A stretch of DNA of 64,000 nucleotides, taken from positions 57,195 to 121,194 of the forward strand of contig JAIELJ010000007.1 of the NCBI GenBank assembly GCA_019753105.1. Direction: 5' to 3'. Below are positions 9,519 to 18,300 of the stretch, piece after piece. The position numbers were made by a program, and so were the translations under genes. This stretch comes from Hyphomonadaceae bacterium. Its GTDB lineage: Bacteria; Pseudomonadota; Alphaproteobacteria; Caulobacterales; Aquidulcibacteraceae. The notes below the pieces were generated by a model. That model was not told the origin of the DNA and did not search any database. It saw only the letters and a program-made list of their open reading frames with translations. Positions within the stretch are counted from its first letter, which is position 1, and every line of letters begins with the position of its first letter.

Positions 9519-9544
9519 GGAACTGGCGTGGCGGTAAGCGGGTT
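9519..9544 (+). promoter_or_regulatory. EcfG/sigmaT-type general stress promoter for csbD
   Basis: GGAAC-N17-GGTT; consensus is GGAAC-N16/17-CGTT; csbD genes are typical regulon members. Confidence 0.65.
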
Positions 9545-9571
9545 CTTTCTCCATTCCAAGGAGACTGAATC

Positions 9572-9757
9572 ATGGACAAAGAACACGTTAAAGGTGCGGC
9601 CGACAAAGCGTCGGGCACCATCAAGGATGCCGCAGGCAAGCTGACGGGTAACGAAAAGCTGCAAGCCGAAGGTAAGTTCGACAAGGCGAAGGGCGAAGTC
9701 CGCGAAACAGTCGGCGACGTCAAAGACGCTGCAAAGAAAGCGGACAAGCCGTCCTAA
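9572..9757 (+). CDS. csbD: CsbD family protein
   Basis: MDKEHVKG..DK..G.IK..AGKLTGNEKLQAEGK.DK..GE; AAGGAG SD. Confidence 0.92.
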   Translation: MDKEHVKGAADKASGTIKDAAGKLTGNEKLQAEGKFDKAKGEVRETVGDVKDAAKKADKPS

Positions 9758-9774
9758 TCCGGCCAGATCTAAAC

Positions 9775-9806
9775 AAAGCGGCTCGCGTTTATGCGCGGGC
9801 CGCTTT
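9775..9806. terminator. Bidirectional intrinsic terminator
   Basis: AAAGCGGCTCGCG...CGCGGGCCGCTTT between convergent genes. Confidence 0.75.
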
Positions 9807-9808
9807 CG

Positions 9809-10231
9809 TTATGGTTTAAAGACGTATTCGAGCTTCAGCCCGTCCGGATCAGCGAAGAACACAGCGTAGTACCCCGCTCCGTAACGCGGATAGTCCGCCG
9901 GCGGGTCAAGGATTGTCGCGCCAATGCTTTGCAGATGGGCGTACATCGCATCGACATCGTCGCGGTCGGCCGCCATCCAGGCGATGTGATGCAGGCCGGG
10001 GCTATATCGATCGTGCGTGCGATTGGCGCTCTCGCCGCGTGCGCTCAGGATGCCGATCGAGCTAAAGCTGTCGCCATCGCGCAGATCGAAATCGAAGCCA
10101 GTTTCGTCCGGCGCGAACGGGTTACCCTTGGCGAGTTTGTAGCCCATGAACCCGAGCACGCTTTCGTAGAAAGCGCGCGATGCATGCGCATCCTTCACCG
10201 TGAGATCGATGTGGTGAATGCCGCCGCGCAT
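9809..10231 (-). CDS. VOC (glyoxalase/bleomycin resistance) family protein
   Basis: IHHIDLTV, GLHHIA, YYAVFFADPDGLKLE; TGATG overlap with the upstream gene. Confidence 0.9.
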   Translation of the reverse strand: MRGGIHHIDLTVKDAHASRAFYESVLGFMGYKLAKGNPFAPDETGFDFDLRDGDSFSSIGILSARGESANRTHDRYSPGLHHIAWMAADRDDVDAMYAHLQSIGATILDPPADYPRYGAGYYAVFFADPDGLKLEYVFKP

Positions 10232-10803
10232 CAGCGGTTCGCGCCTGGCTTCCACAAAAGATCGGCGCGGCCTTCGTCATTGGCGTAGCGCGCGGCGACG
10301 AAGAGCAGGTCTGAGAGTCGGTTGGCGAACTTGACGGTTTCCTCCGATACGCTTGCGTCAGTATCGCGTAACGCCACGATCGCGCGCTCCGCTCGACGTG
10401 CAATCGCGCGCGCGACATGGAGGTGCGCCGCTGCATGCTTGCCGCCAGGCAATATGAACGACGTCAGCGGCGCGAGTTTCTCATTTAGCTCTTCCACTTC
10501 GCGCTCAAGCCGATCGGTCTGGCTTGCCTGAATGCGCAGCGGCTCGAACTTCAGATCGTCCGCGTGTGGCGTTGCGAGATCTGCGCCCAGATCGAAGAGA
10601 TCATTTTGCACACGCTCCAGGATCGGATCGAGTACGGCGTCCCCACTGGTATGCAACCGCGCTACGCCGATGGCGGAGTTGGCCTCGTCTACCGCGCCAT
10701 ACGCTTCGACACGCGCGCTGGCCTTTGAGACGGGCTCGCCCGTCGCCAACCGCGTCGTGCCGCCGTCGCCAGCTTTGGTGACAATCTTATCTAACCTGAC
10801 CAT
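10231..10803 (-). CDS. Cob(I)yrinic acid a,c-diamide adenosyltransferase, PduO type
   Basis: TKAGDGGTT, YGAVDEANS, FILPGG, RRAER, NRLSDLLF. Confidence 0.93.
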   Translation of the reverse strand: MVRLDKIVTKAGDGGTTRLATGEPVSKASARVEAYGAVDEANSAIGVARLHTSGDAVLDPILERVQNDLFDLGADLATPHADDLKFEPLRIQASQTDRLEREVEELNEKLAPLTSFILPGGKHAAAHLHVARAIARRAERAIVALRDTDASVSEETVKFANRLSDLLFVAARYANDEGRADLLWKPGANR

Positions 10804-10816
10804 CGGCGCGCTCCCG

Positions 10817-11017
10817 TTAGCCGTAGGTCTGCTTCCACCACAGCGCGCCGACCAGAACAAGGATGGCCACAAATTGCGCGATCACCCGGAAGCGCATTGC
10901 CTTGTTTGACCACGAGCGCCCGAAATCGCCGCCCCGGAAGAGGGTGTAGATGCCAAAACAGAGCGCCAGCAAAACGGCGCCGAGCGCGATGGGGACAAGA
11001 TAATCGAACGGGTTCAT
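10817..11017 (-). CDS. HIG1-domain twin-TM small protein
   Basis: Two hydrophobic helices with SNKAMRFRVIAQ. Confidence 0.85.
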   Translation of the reverse strand: MNPFDYLVPIALGAVLLALCFGIYTLFRGGDFGRSWSNKAMRFRVIAQFVAILVLVGALWWKQTYG

Positions 11018-11120
11018 GGGGAGACGATCTAGGCTTACCGTACAGCTTTGAACATGCGCCAAATCAAGCCTATAGCAGCCGGGCATGGGGTCGGGTCCGG
11101 CAGACTGCTAGGCTTCCGGC

Positions 11121-12443
11121 ATGACCGAATCACTTCCTCTTCTATTGGCGCTGGCTGCTGTCGGCGCCGCTGCCTTCTTCGCTTGGCGAGCCATGCAGGC
11201 GCAGGCCCTGGCGGGCGGCGCTGAACTGCTCAAGGGCGAACGCGACCGCGCCTTGGCCGAGCTGAAGGCGCTGCGCGAAGAAAACACGCGGCTGACGGCG
11301 GATCTGGCGGCGACGCAGGCACAGAAGGCGGAGCGCTCGGAATCCGAAGAGGCGCGCTTCCTGGCGCTTGCTGCGAAGGCGCTGGAGTCATCGCAAGCGA
11401 ATTTCATGACGCTCGCCAACGAGACCTTCGAGAAGCACAAGCAGGCCGCCGCCGGCGGCGTGAAGGAAGTGCTGGCGCCGGCGCAGGAGCAATTGGCAAA
11501 GCTCGCGACGTCGGTTGAAGCGCTGGATAAGGCGCGCCTCGCCGATAAGTCGGCGATCAACGAACAGGTTCGGCACATTGTCGATGCCGTCGGTACGACC
11601 AACAAGACGACGACGCAATTGCTCTCTGCGCTCAAGGCCTCGCCGAAGATGCGTGGCCGTTGGGGCGAACAGACGCTGCGCAATGTGCTCGAACTCTCGG
11701 GTCTCGCGCCGAATGTGGATTTCACCGAGCAGGTCAGCACGACGGACGGTGAGGGCTCGCGCCTGCGCCCCGACGTCGTGATCAATCTGCCGGGTGGGCG
11801 CTGCATCGTGGTGGATTCGAAGGTGGCGCTGACCGGGTATATGGAGTCCATGGAAGCGACTGATGACGTCGCGCGCGAAGCGAGCCTGAAAAAGCACGCG
11901 GCGGAGCTGAAAGCGCACGTGAAAAATCTCGCGTCGAAGGATTATTGGAAACACGTGCCGTCAACGGCGGATTTCGTCGTTCTCTTCGTGCCGGGCGAAA
12001 ACTTCCTCGCGGCGGCGGCGGAGCGCGATCCGAATTTGTTCGACGATGCGTTTGCGTCGAAGGTCATCATCACGACGCCCTCAACCATGGTCGCGCTTGC
12101 GAAGTCCGTTGCGTACGGCTGGCGCCAAGAGCAGAGCAGCAAGAACGCCCAAGAAATTGCCGATCTGGGGCGCGAGCTTTATCGCCGCATGGCCGTGATG
12201 GCGGATCGTTTGGGCAAGGTTGGTGACGCCATCGAAAAGTCGGTGAAGTCGTACAACGAACTTGTCGGCTCGGTGGAAAGCCGCGTCATGCCGCAGGCGC
12301 GGAAGTTCAAAGAGCTCGGCGCCGGCGACGCCGGCATCGACATCGCGCCCGCCGCGCAGATCGAAACCGCGCCGCGTCTGCCCGCGCCGCCCGAGCAATT
12401 GGAGCTTACGCCGCCGCCGCAGAGCGCTAAGCGCGGCCGTTAG
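11121..12443 (+). CDS. rmuC: DNA recombination protein RmuC
   Basis: N-terminal TM plus coiled coil; RGRWGE, RPDVVINLP, VDSK, DFVVLFVPGE. Confidence 0.93.
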   Translation: MTESLPLLLALAAVGAAAFFAWRAMQAQALAGGAELLKGERDRALAELKALREENTRLTADLAATQAQKAERSESEEARFLALAAKALESSQANFMTLANETFEKHKQAAAGGVKEVLAPAQEQLAKLATSVEALDKARLADKSAINEQVRHIVDAVGTTNKTTTQLLSALKASPKMRGRWGEQTLRNVLELSGLAPNVDFTEQVSTTDGEGSRLRPDVVINLPGGRCIVVDSKVALTGYMESMEATDDVAREASLKKHAAELKAHVKNLASKDYWKHVPSTADFVVLFVPGENFLAAAAERDPNLFDDAFASKVIITTPSTMVALAKSVAYGWRQEQSSKNAQEIADLGRELYRRMAVMADRLGKVGDAIEKSVKSYNELVGSVESRVMPQARKFKELGAGDAGIDIAPAAQIETAPRLPAPPEQLELTPPPQSAKRGR

Positions 12444-12471
12444 GGCGTTCGTCGCGTTTCGGATGTCGCTG

Positions 12472-12505
12472 ATCCTCCCGCCCGCTAAAACGCGCGCGGG
12501 AGGAT
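12472..12505 (+). promoter_or_regulatory. Hairpin occluding the Shine-Dalgarno of the downstream methyltransferase
   Basis: ATCCTCCCGC (12472-12481) pairs perfectly with GCGGGAGGAT (12496-12505); ATG at 12511. Confidence 0.5.
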
Positions 12506-12510
12506 TGCTC

Positions 12511-13287
12511 ATGAGATTTTTCGTTCTCGCTGCCGCTGTATCCGTGCTCGCCGCCTGTGGGCCGACGAGCCAAGAGCCCGCTGCGCCGGCCGCCGTTGAA
12601 GTTACCGCGGACGCGCCGAACATCGTCGCAGCGTTGGCGGATTCACGCCGGCCCGCTGAAGACGTCGCGCGCGACGCTGATCGCCATGCTGCCGATACGT
12701 TAGCATTCGCGCAGATCGAACCGGGCGACAAGGTCGCCGATATCTTCCCCGGCGGCGGCTACTGGACGCGTCTCTTCGCTGTCGCTGTCGGCGAAGAGGG
12801 CCGCGTCTATCCGACCATCCGTCCTGATGGCATTGCGGGCGAGTATGAAACGCCGGTGATTGCCGTCGCCGCGCAATATCCAAACGCCGTGATGGCGCGC
12901 TCGCCCTACGATGCGATCACGTATCCCGAGCCGCTCGACGTCATCTTCACGGCCCAAAACTATCACGACATGGCGCTGACCGCGTACGAACTCGGCGATC
13001 GCGCCGCGATGAACCGCGCTGCCTTCGCCGCACTGCGCCCTGGTGGTCTCTACATAATCATCGACCATTCCGCCGTCGCGGGCGCTGCCGTCGAGACCGA
13101 CGCTGAAACCACCATCCATCGCATCGACGCGGCCACTGTGCGCCGCGAAGTGGAGGCAGCGGGCTTCGTGTTCGATAGCGAAGCGACCTTCCTGGCCAAC
13201 CCAGAAGACACGCGGACGCTCAACGTCTTCGACCCGGCCATTCGCGGTCGCACGGATCAGTTCGTGATGCGCTTCCGGCGGCCCTAA
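12511..13287 (+). CDS. Lipoprotein class I SAM-dependent methyltransferase (COG4798-like), paralog 1
   Basis: Lipobox LAAC; ADIFPGGGYWT, YHD, LRPGG, IDH, TDQFVMRFRRP. Confidence 0.85.
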   Translation: MRFFVLAAAVSVLAACGPTSQEPAAPAAVEVTADAPNIVAALADSRRPAEDVARDADRHAADTLAFAQIEPGDKVADIFPGGGYWTRLFAVAVGEEGRVYPTIRPDGIAGEYETPVIAVAAQYPNAVMARSPYDAITYPEPLDVIFTAQNYHDMALTAYELGDRAAMNRAAFAALRPGGLYIIIDHSAVAGAAVETDAETTIHRIDAATVRREVEAAGFVFDSEATFLANPEDTRTLNVFDPAIRGRTDQFVMRFRRP

Positions 13288-13290
13288 CGA

Positions 13291-13713
13291 TCAATCGTGA
13301 TCTCGGACGCGTCCGCGGTTGGCTTTGATGTCGCCGCGGCGCGTCTTGTTGTCGACGCGCTTGGCTTTTTGAGCTTTCGATATCTTCGTCTTGATGCGCG
13401 GCTTCGGACGGAACGTCGCTTGTTTGACCAGCGCCACGAGCCGCGCCTGCGCTTCGGCGCGGTTGCGGTCTTGCGTGCGATGTTCATCGGCGCGGATGAC
13501 GATTTCGCCCTCGAGCGTAAGCCGCCGGCCCGCGAGCTTTTCCAGCCGGGTAAGCACGTCTTCAGGCAGTTCTGTAAAGCCCCTCAAGCGGAAGCGCAGT
13601 TCCACCGCGGTCGAGACCTTGTTGACGTTCTGCCCGCCCGGCCCGGACGCGCGGATAAAGCGCTCTTCCAGGTCGCGCTCGTCGATCGAAAGGGAGGCGG
13701 TAACGGGGATCAT
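13291..13713 (-). CDS. arfB: Alternative ribosome rescue peptidyl-tRNA hydrolase ArfB
   Basis: RASGPGGQNVNKVSTAV (GGQ motif) and basic C-terminal tail. Confidence 0.95.
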   Translation of the reverse strand: MIPVTASLSIDERDLEERFIRASGPGGQNVNKVSTAVELRFRLRGFTELPEDVLTRLEKLAGRRLTLEGEIVIRADEHRTQDRNRAEAQARLVALVKQATFRPKPRIKTKISKAQKAKRVDNKTRRGDIKANRGRVRDHD

Positions 13714-13814
13714 TCGGGTGTCAGATATGGGGTTCAGGTGTCGGCAATCGGCTGAGTATCGCATGAGCCTCGCGGGCAAAGCGTAAACTTGATACCTGAC
13801 ACCCGACACCTGAC
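13713..13814. repeat. Inverted heptamer array (ACYYGAY units)
   Basis: ACTTGAT ACCTGAC ACCCGAC ACCTGAC at 13787-13814; complementary units TTCGGGT GTCAGAT ... TTCAGGT GTCGG at 13713-13744. Confidence 0.65.
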
Positions 13815-13830
13815 CCACTGGGAGGACGCT

Positions 13831-14607
13831 ATGAAGAAGATGCTGGCCGGCGCGGGACTTGCGCTCTTGCTCGGGGCCTGCGCTGGGGGCGCTATTCCCG
13901 GCATCATGATGACCGCGCCGGCCGAGCCGAACGAGGTGACGGCCGCCACGCCGTACATCGTCGCTGCCGTCGCTGACGAGCGCCGCCCCCAGGCCGATCG
14001 CGATCGCGATGCGCTGCGCCATCCGGCCGAAGTTTTGGCGTTCACGGGCGTGCAGCCAGGCTGGCGCGTCGCCGATATCGGCCCCGGCGGCGGGTATTAC
14101 TCACGTCTGTTCGCTGTCGCAGCGGGAGATAGCGGCCGCCTCTATGCGATTGATCGCCCCGGCACGGCGGAGCGTCCGCGCCCAATGGCGGCGGTGGCGC
14201 CGACTTACTCCAACATCACGCACCTGATGGATGGCTATGCTGGCTGGAATACCGGCGAGCCGCTCGACGCGATTTTCATTTCGCAAATTTATCACGACTT
14301 TTACCTGCCGCAGCTTTCCATCGATGTGCCGGCGCTCAACCGTCAGATGTTCAACGCGCTGAAGCCTGGCGGCGTGCTGATCATCATCGATCACGCCGCT
14401 GCCGAAGGCAGCCCGATCTCGGTGACGAGTGATCTGCATCGCATTGCGCGCGCGCAAGTGATTGCTGATCTGACGGCCGCTGGCTTTGTGCTCGATGGCG
14501 AAAGCGACGTGCTGCGCAATCCGGAGGACAATCGCTCGTTGCGTGTGTTCGAAGGCGATATCCGCGGCCGCACCGATCAGTTCACGCTGCGCTTCCGGCG
14601 GCCCTGA
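13831..14607 (+). CDS. Lipoprotein class I SAM-dependent methyltransferase (COG4798-like), paralog 2
   Basis: Lipobox LGAC; ADIGPGGGYYS, YHD, LKPGG, IDH, TDQFTLRFRRP; GGAGG SD. Confidence 0.85.
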   Translation: MKKMLAGAGLALLLGACAGGAIPGIMMTAPAEPNEVTAATPYIVAAVADERRPQADRDRDALRHPAEVLAFTGVQPGWRVADIGPGGGYYSRLFAVAAGDSGRLYAIDRPGTAERPRPMAAVAPTYSNITHLMDGYAGWNTGEPLDAIFISQIYHDFYLPQLSIDVPALNRQMFNALKPGGVLIIIDHAAAEGSPISVTSDLHRIARAQVIADLTAAGFVLDGESDVLRNPEDNRSLRVFEGDIRGRTDQFTLRFRRP

Positions 14608-14687
14608 GGATTAGGTTGTCGGGATTGGGGATTGGGTGACGACGTCAAAGTTGCGTCCCCAATCCCCAACCCCTAATCCCTAATCCC
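14608..14687. repeat. Inverted heptamer array (CCCYAAY units)
   Basis: CCCCAAT CCCCAAC CCCTAAT CCCTAAT CCC at 14657-14687; GGATTAG...GGATTGG GGATTGG at 14608-14636. Confidence 0.75.
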
Positions 14688-14688
14688 G

Positions 14689-15594
14689 ATGATGCTGAAG
14701 CCCGATAACCCCAACGCTTTCACCCGCTCGCCACTTGATCGCGCAGGCTTGAAGCGGCGTGACACGGCGTGGCTGGAAGGCGCGCTGAACGCCGGGGAGT
14801 CGCGGCTGTTGCCGTTCTATCAGCATCGTCCGTTCGTCATGGACGAGGGCGGAGTTGTTGCGCCCGGCTGGCTCAATGGCGGCGCGCACAAGCATTTCGG
14901 CGCGAAGAAAACGCTGTTTCTCGGACTCGATGCGGCCGGCGTCGCTTACTTCGCGTTTGAGGTTGCAGACGAGGCGCAGTTCGAAGGCTTAGGCCGGTTC
15001 GATGATCTGCGCGCGCTCGGCCCCCGTTTATCGCGCGATGACCTTGCCAACATCGGCCCCGCCAAGAGCGTGTTCGAGTGGCACGCAAAGAATGGCTTTT
15101 GCGCCAATTGCGGCGTCGAGAGCTTGATCGCAGAAGGCGGTTGGCGTCGCGATTGCCCGTCATGCAAGACCGAGCATTATCCGCGCGTCGACCCGGTTTG
15201 CATCATGGTGCCGACGTTTGGCGACAAGGTTCTGCTTGGCCGTCAAAAAGCTTGGCCGCGCGGCATGCACTCCGCACTCGCGGGCTTTATCGAGCCGGGG
15301 GAAGCCATTGAAGAGGCGGTTGCGCGCGAGACATTGGAGGAGGCGGGGCTCGTCGTGCGCGAGGTGCGCATGCATTCGACGCAGCCTTGGCCGTTCCCGC
15401 ACTCGCTGATGATTGGCGTGCTCTGCGAAGTCGAAAACGATCGTGAGACGGTCGATACCACTGAACTTGAAAGCGCGCGCTGGTTCACGCGCGAGGAAGC
15501 GCGCCAGCTCATTGCCGGCAAGCATGCCGAATGCTGGGCGCCGCCGCCGTTCGCGATAGCGCATCAACTTTTGAAGACGTGGGCGGCTGAATAA
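14689..15594 (+). CDS. nudC: NAD(+) diphosphatase NudC
   Basis: FCANCG/CPSC zinc ribbon, YPRVDP, Nudix box GFIEPGEAIEEAVARETLEEAG, TQPWPFPHSLM. Confidence 0.95.
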   Translation: MMLKPDNPNAFTRSPLDRAGLKRRDTAWLEGALNAGESRLLPFYQHRPFVMDEGGVVAPGWLNGGAHKHFGAKKTLFLGLDAAGVAYFAFEVADEAQFEGLGRFDDLRALGPRLSRDDLANIGPAKSVFEWHAKNGFCANCGVESLIAEGGWRRDCPSCKTEHYPRVDPVCIMVPTFGDKVLLGRQKAWPRGMHSALAGFIEPGEAIEEAVARETLEEAGLVVREVRMHSTQPWPFPHSLMIGVLCEVENDRETVDTTELESARWFTREEARQLIAGKHAECWAPPPFAIAHQLLKTWAAE

Positions 15595-16509
15595 TCAGCA
15601 GTGTTCGCAATCGTCGCGCTGCGCGCGTTCGATCTGGATCGTGACGTGGCTGATGCCGAAGCGATGCACGATCGCTTCGGAGAGCGCCGCCAGAAACGCA
15701 TCGTCGCCGCCTTCCGGGCGTACTAAATGCGCAGTCATTGCAGGCTTTGTCGCCCCCATCGCCCAGATGTGCAAATCGTGCACCGCCGTCACGCCGGGCT
15801 GCGCCGCCAGAAATGCGCGCACGTCCGCGACAACGATGCCGCGTGGCGCAGCATCGAGCGCCAGATCAAGGGATTCGCGCAGCAAGCCCCATGTGCCCCA
15901 GAGGATCAACAGCACGACCACGATCGAGGTCGCCGGATCGATCCATTGCAGCTGCGTGAAAAAGATCGCCGCGCCCGCGACGATAACGGCGGCGGAAACG
16001 CCTGCGTCAGCGAGCATGTGCAGATAGGCACCGCGGACGTTCACGTCTTCCTTGCGCCCGGCCAGGAAAAGCATCGCGGTGGCGCCATTGATGAGCACGC
16101 CAAGCGCTGCGACTGCCATCACGAAAACGGGCTGCGTTTCCTCTGGGCGAAAGAAGCGCGACGTCGCTTCCCATAGGATGCCGCCACAAGCGATGACGAG
16201 CACCAGCGCGTTGGCGAGCGCGGCCAATACCGTGGCTTTCGAATAGCCATAGGTCCGCTGCTCGCCGCTTTGCTGCTTGGCCAGCCAAGCCGCACCGCCT
16301 GCGAGCGCCAAGCCCAGAACGTCCGAGAGGTTGTGCGCCGCGTCCGAGAGCAATGCGGTCGAATTGGCGAAGAAGCCCGCCGCCGCCTCAACCAGGACGA
16401 AGCTCAGATTGAGCGCGATGGCGATGGTATAGCGTTTGTCGGAAGGCGCGGGGTGGTGGTGCGCGTGATCGTGGCCGTGATTGTGGCCCGCGTGCGCATG
16501 CCCATGCAT
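15595..16509 (-). CDS. Cation diffusion facilitator (CzcD/ZitB-like) transporter
   Basis: His-rich N-terminus, SDAAHNLSD, HMLAD, HDLHIW. Confidence 0.93.
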   Translation of the reverse strand: MHGHAHAGHNHGHDHAHHHPAPSDKRYTIAIALNLSFVLVEAAAGFFANSTALLSDAAHNLSDVLGLALAGGAAWLAKQQSGEQRTYGYSKATVLAALANALVLVIACGGILWEATSRFFRPEETQPVFVMAVAALGVLINGATAMLFLAGRKEDVNVRGAYLHMLADAGVSAAVIVAGAAIFFTQLQWIDPATSIVVVLLILWGTWGLLRESLDLALDAAPRGIVVADVRAFLAAQPGVTAVHDLHIWAMGATKPAMTAHLVRPEGGDDAFLAALSEAIVHRFGISHVTIQIERAQRDDCEHC

Positions 16510-16585
16510 GGCGCTGATGTGGGAGAGAATCGCGCGTAAGGCAAGGGAGCGTTGACAGCGACGCGCCTGCGCTTCTCATGCAGCC

Positions 16586-17713
16586 ATGACGACTCGTCGC
16601 TCCCTCATGGCGCTTGGCGCTGCCGGCCTGGTTTCATCGTGCGCTGCGTCCCGCGGGTTCAGCGACGGCTTGATGCATGATCTCGGACGTCGCCCCGATC
16701 AGCGCCCTCGGCTTGCGCCAGTGCGCGTTTCGCCGGAGCGGATCATCCGGATTGATGTCGGCTTGCGTCCGTTCCGGCCGAGTGGCTTTCGCGTTGCGCG
16801 CGAAGAACTGGGCGATAAGACGCTCGTTCACAATTACGGCCATGGCGGCGGCGGCATAACGCTCTCATGGGGGACAGCGAAACTCGCTGTTGATCTGGGC
16901 TACGACGCGTCCAAGCCTGATTGCGCCGTGCTTGGCTGCGGCGCTGTGGGTTTGGCGACGGCGCGCCTGCTGCAAGAGCGCGGCGCCCGTGTGCGCATCT
17001 ACGCGAAGGATCTGCCGCCGAATACGACCTCCAACGTCGCCGGCGCACAATGGTGGCCGGCTTCAACGTTTGACCGCGATCGCGTCACTCCCGAGTTCAT
17101 CGCGCAACATTTCGAAGCCGCGCAATTTGCGTTCCGGCGCTATCAGAGCTTGGTTGGTGATGCGTACGGCGTCGGTTGGGAGACAAACTATTCTCTCTCC
17201 AATCGCCCCAACAGTTCTTATCCCGCGAGCGAAGACGATCCGATGCGCGCGCTCGTCGTCAATCAGCGCGATCTCACGCCGCTCGAGCACAATTTCGCGC
17301 GTCCGTTCGTGCGCCGCTTCGACACGATGATGATTGAAACACCACTCTATCTGCGCCGGATGGAGCTCGATGTGCGCCAGCATGGCGCCGAGATTGTCGT
17401 CCGCGAGTTCGCCGATGTCTCACAAGTGAGCGCGCTCCCGGAGCGCACGATCTTCAACTGCACCGGCCTTGGCGCCGGGCGTTTGTTCGGCGATACCGAG
17501 ATCATGCCGGTGCGCGGCCAACTCGCGATCCTGCTGCCGCAGCCGGAGGTCGATTACAACGTCATCGCCCGCGAGGGCTATATGTTCGGCCGCCGCGACG
17601 GCATTGTCCTTGGCGGCACGTTCGAGCGCGGCGAGTGGTCGCTTGAGCACGATCCCGCCGACATTGCCGGTATCATGGAAGGGCACCGCTCGATCTTCGC
17701 GGCGATGACCTAG
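16586..17713 (+). CDS. D-amino acid oxidase family FAD-dependent oxidoreductase with Tat/lipoprotein signal
   Basis: HNYGHGGGG, GCGAVG dinucleotide motif, TTSNVAGA, PVRGQ; N-terminal TRRSLM...VSSC. Confidence 0.87.
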   Translation: MTTRRSLMALGAAGLVSSCAASRGFSDGLMHDLGRRPDQRPRLAPVRVSPERIIRIDVGLRPFRPSGFRVAREELGDKTLVHNYGHGGGGITLSWGTAKLAVDLGYDASKPDCAVLGCGAVGLATARLLQERGARVRIYAKDLPPNTTSNVAGAQWWPASTFDRDRVTPEFIAQHFEAAQFAFRRYQSLVGDAYGVGWETNYSLSNRPNSSYPASEDDPMRALVVNQRDLTPLEHNFARPFVRRFDTMMIETPLYLRRMELDVRQHGAEIVVREFADVSQVSALPERTIFNCTGLGAGRLFGDTEIMPVRGQLAILLPQPEVDYNVIAREGYMFGRRDGIVLGGTFERGEWSLEHDPADIAGIMEGHRSIFAAMT

Positions 17714-18180
17714 AGCGGCATGTAGATGACGCGGCCGCCCGACGCGTTGGCCAATCTACGCGCTGAGCGGCAATCGCTCTCTTCCGGCTGCGCGCTCACG
17801 GCGACATCGTCCAACCAAGCGCGGCAATAGCCGGCGCGCGGCAATGCGTTTTCCGGCACGCCGGTAAAGTCGTTGCGTCCTTCATAGGATGCACGCTCAA
17901 CGACGCCGCCGACGCCATGCTCTAAAACTTTGCCGCCCCAGCGCTGAGCAAGCCACTCAGCGTGTTCGCATTCCATCTGCGCCGGCTGACGGTCCGAAGG
18001 CAGGGCGTCGTAGTGAATGCGGCACTGGCCATAATCCAATCGCGGAACCGTGCGTTCGATCGCTGGCGCGCTCTGAAGCGCTGCTTCGGCAGGCTGGCTC
18101 CGCACCGCCGCCACGCCCGCGCCACCGAGCGCCAGCACTGCCAGTGCTGATGCAAATGCGGAGGCTACTAAGCGTGTCAT
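17710..18180 (-). CDS. Secreted hypothetical protein with two Cys-flanked internal repeats
   Basis: Signal peptide; CRIHYD...QP...C and CRAWLD...QP...C repeats. Confidence 0.7.
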   Translation of the reverse strand: MTRLVASAFASALAVLALGGAGVAAVRSQPAEAALQSAPAIERTVPRLDYGQCRIHYDALPSDRQPAQMECEHAEWLAQRWGGKVLEHGVGGVVERASYEGRNDFTGVPENALPRAGYCRAWLDDVAVSAQPEESDCRSARRLANASGGRVIYMPL

Positions 18181-18300
18181 GGTCCCCAAACTCACTGTGT
18201 CCAGGCGCGGTTTCCTGAAGACAGCATGAATATGGGTTCCATTTCAGATGCAGCTCGTGCCCACGGTCACGCTTTGAATTGGTTCCAATCACAATGGCTT

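Noticed and set aside
12455-12510. SAM-II/SAM-V riboswitch (GCUAAAA upstream of a methyltransferase)
   Set aside because: The motif sits in a hairpin loop, and the conserved pseudoknot elements are missing.
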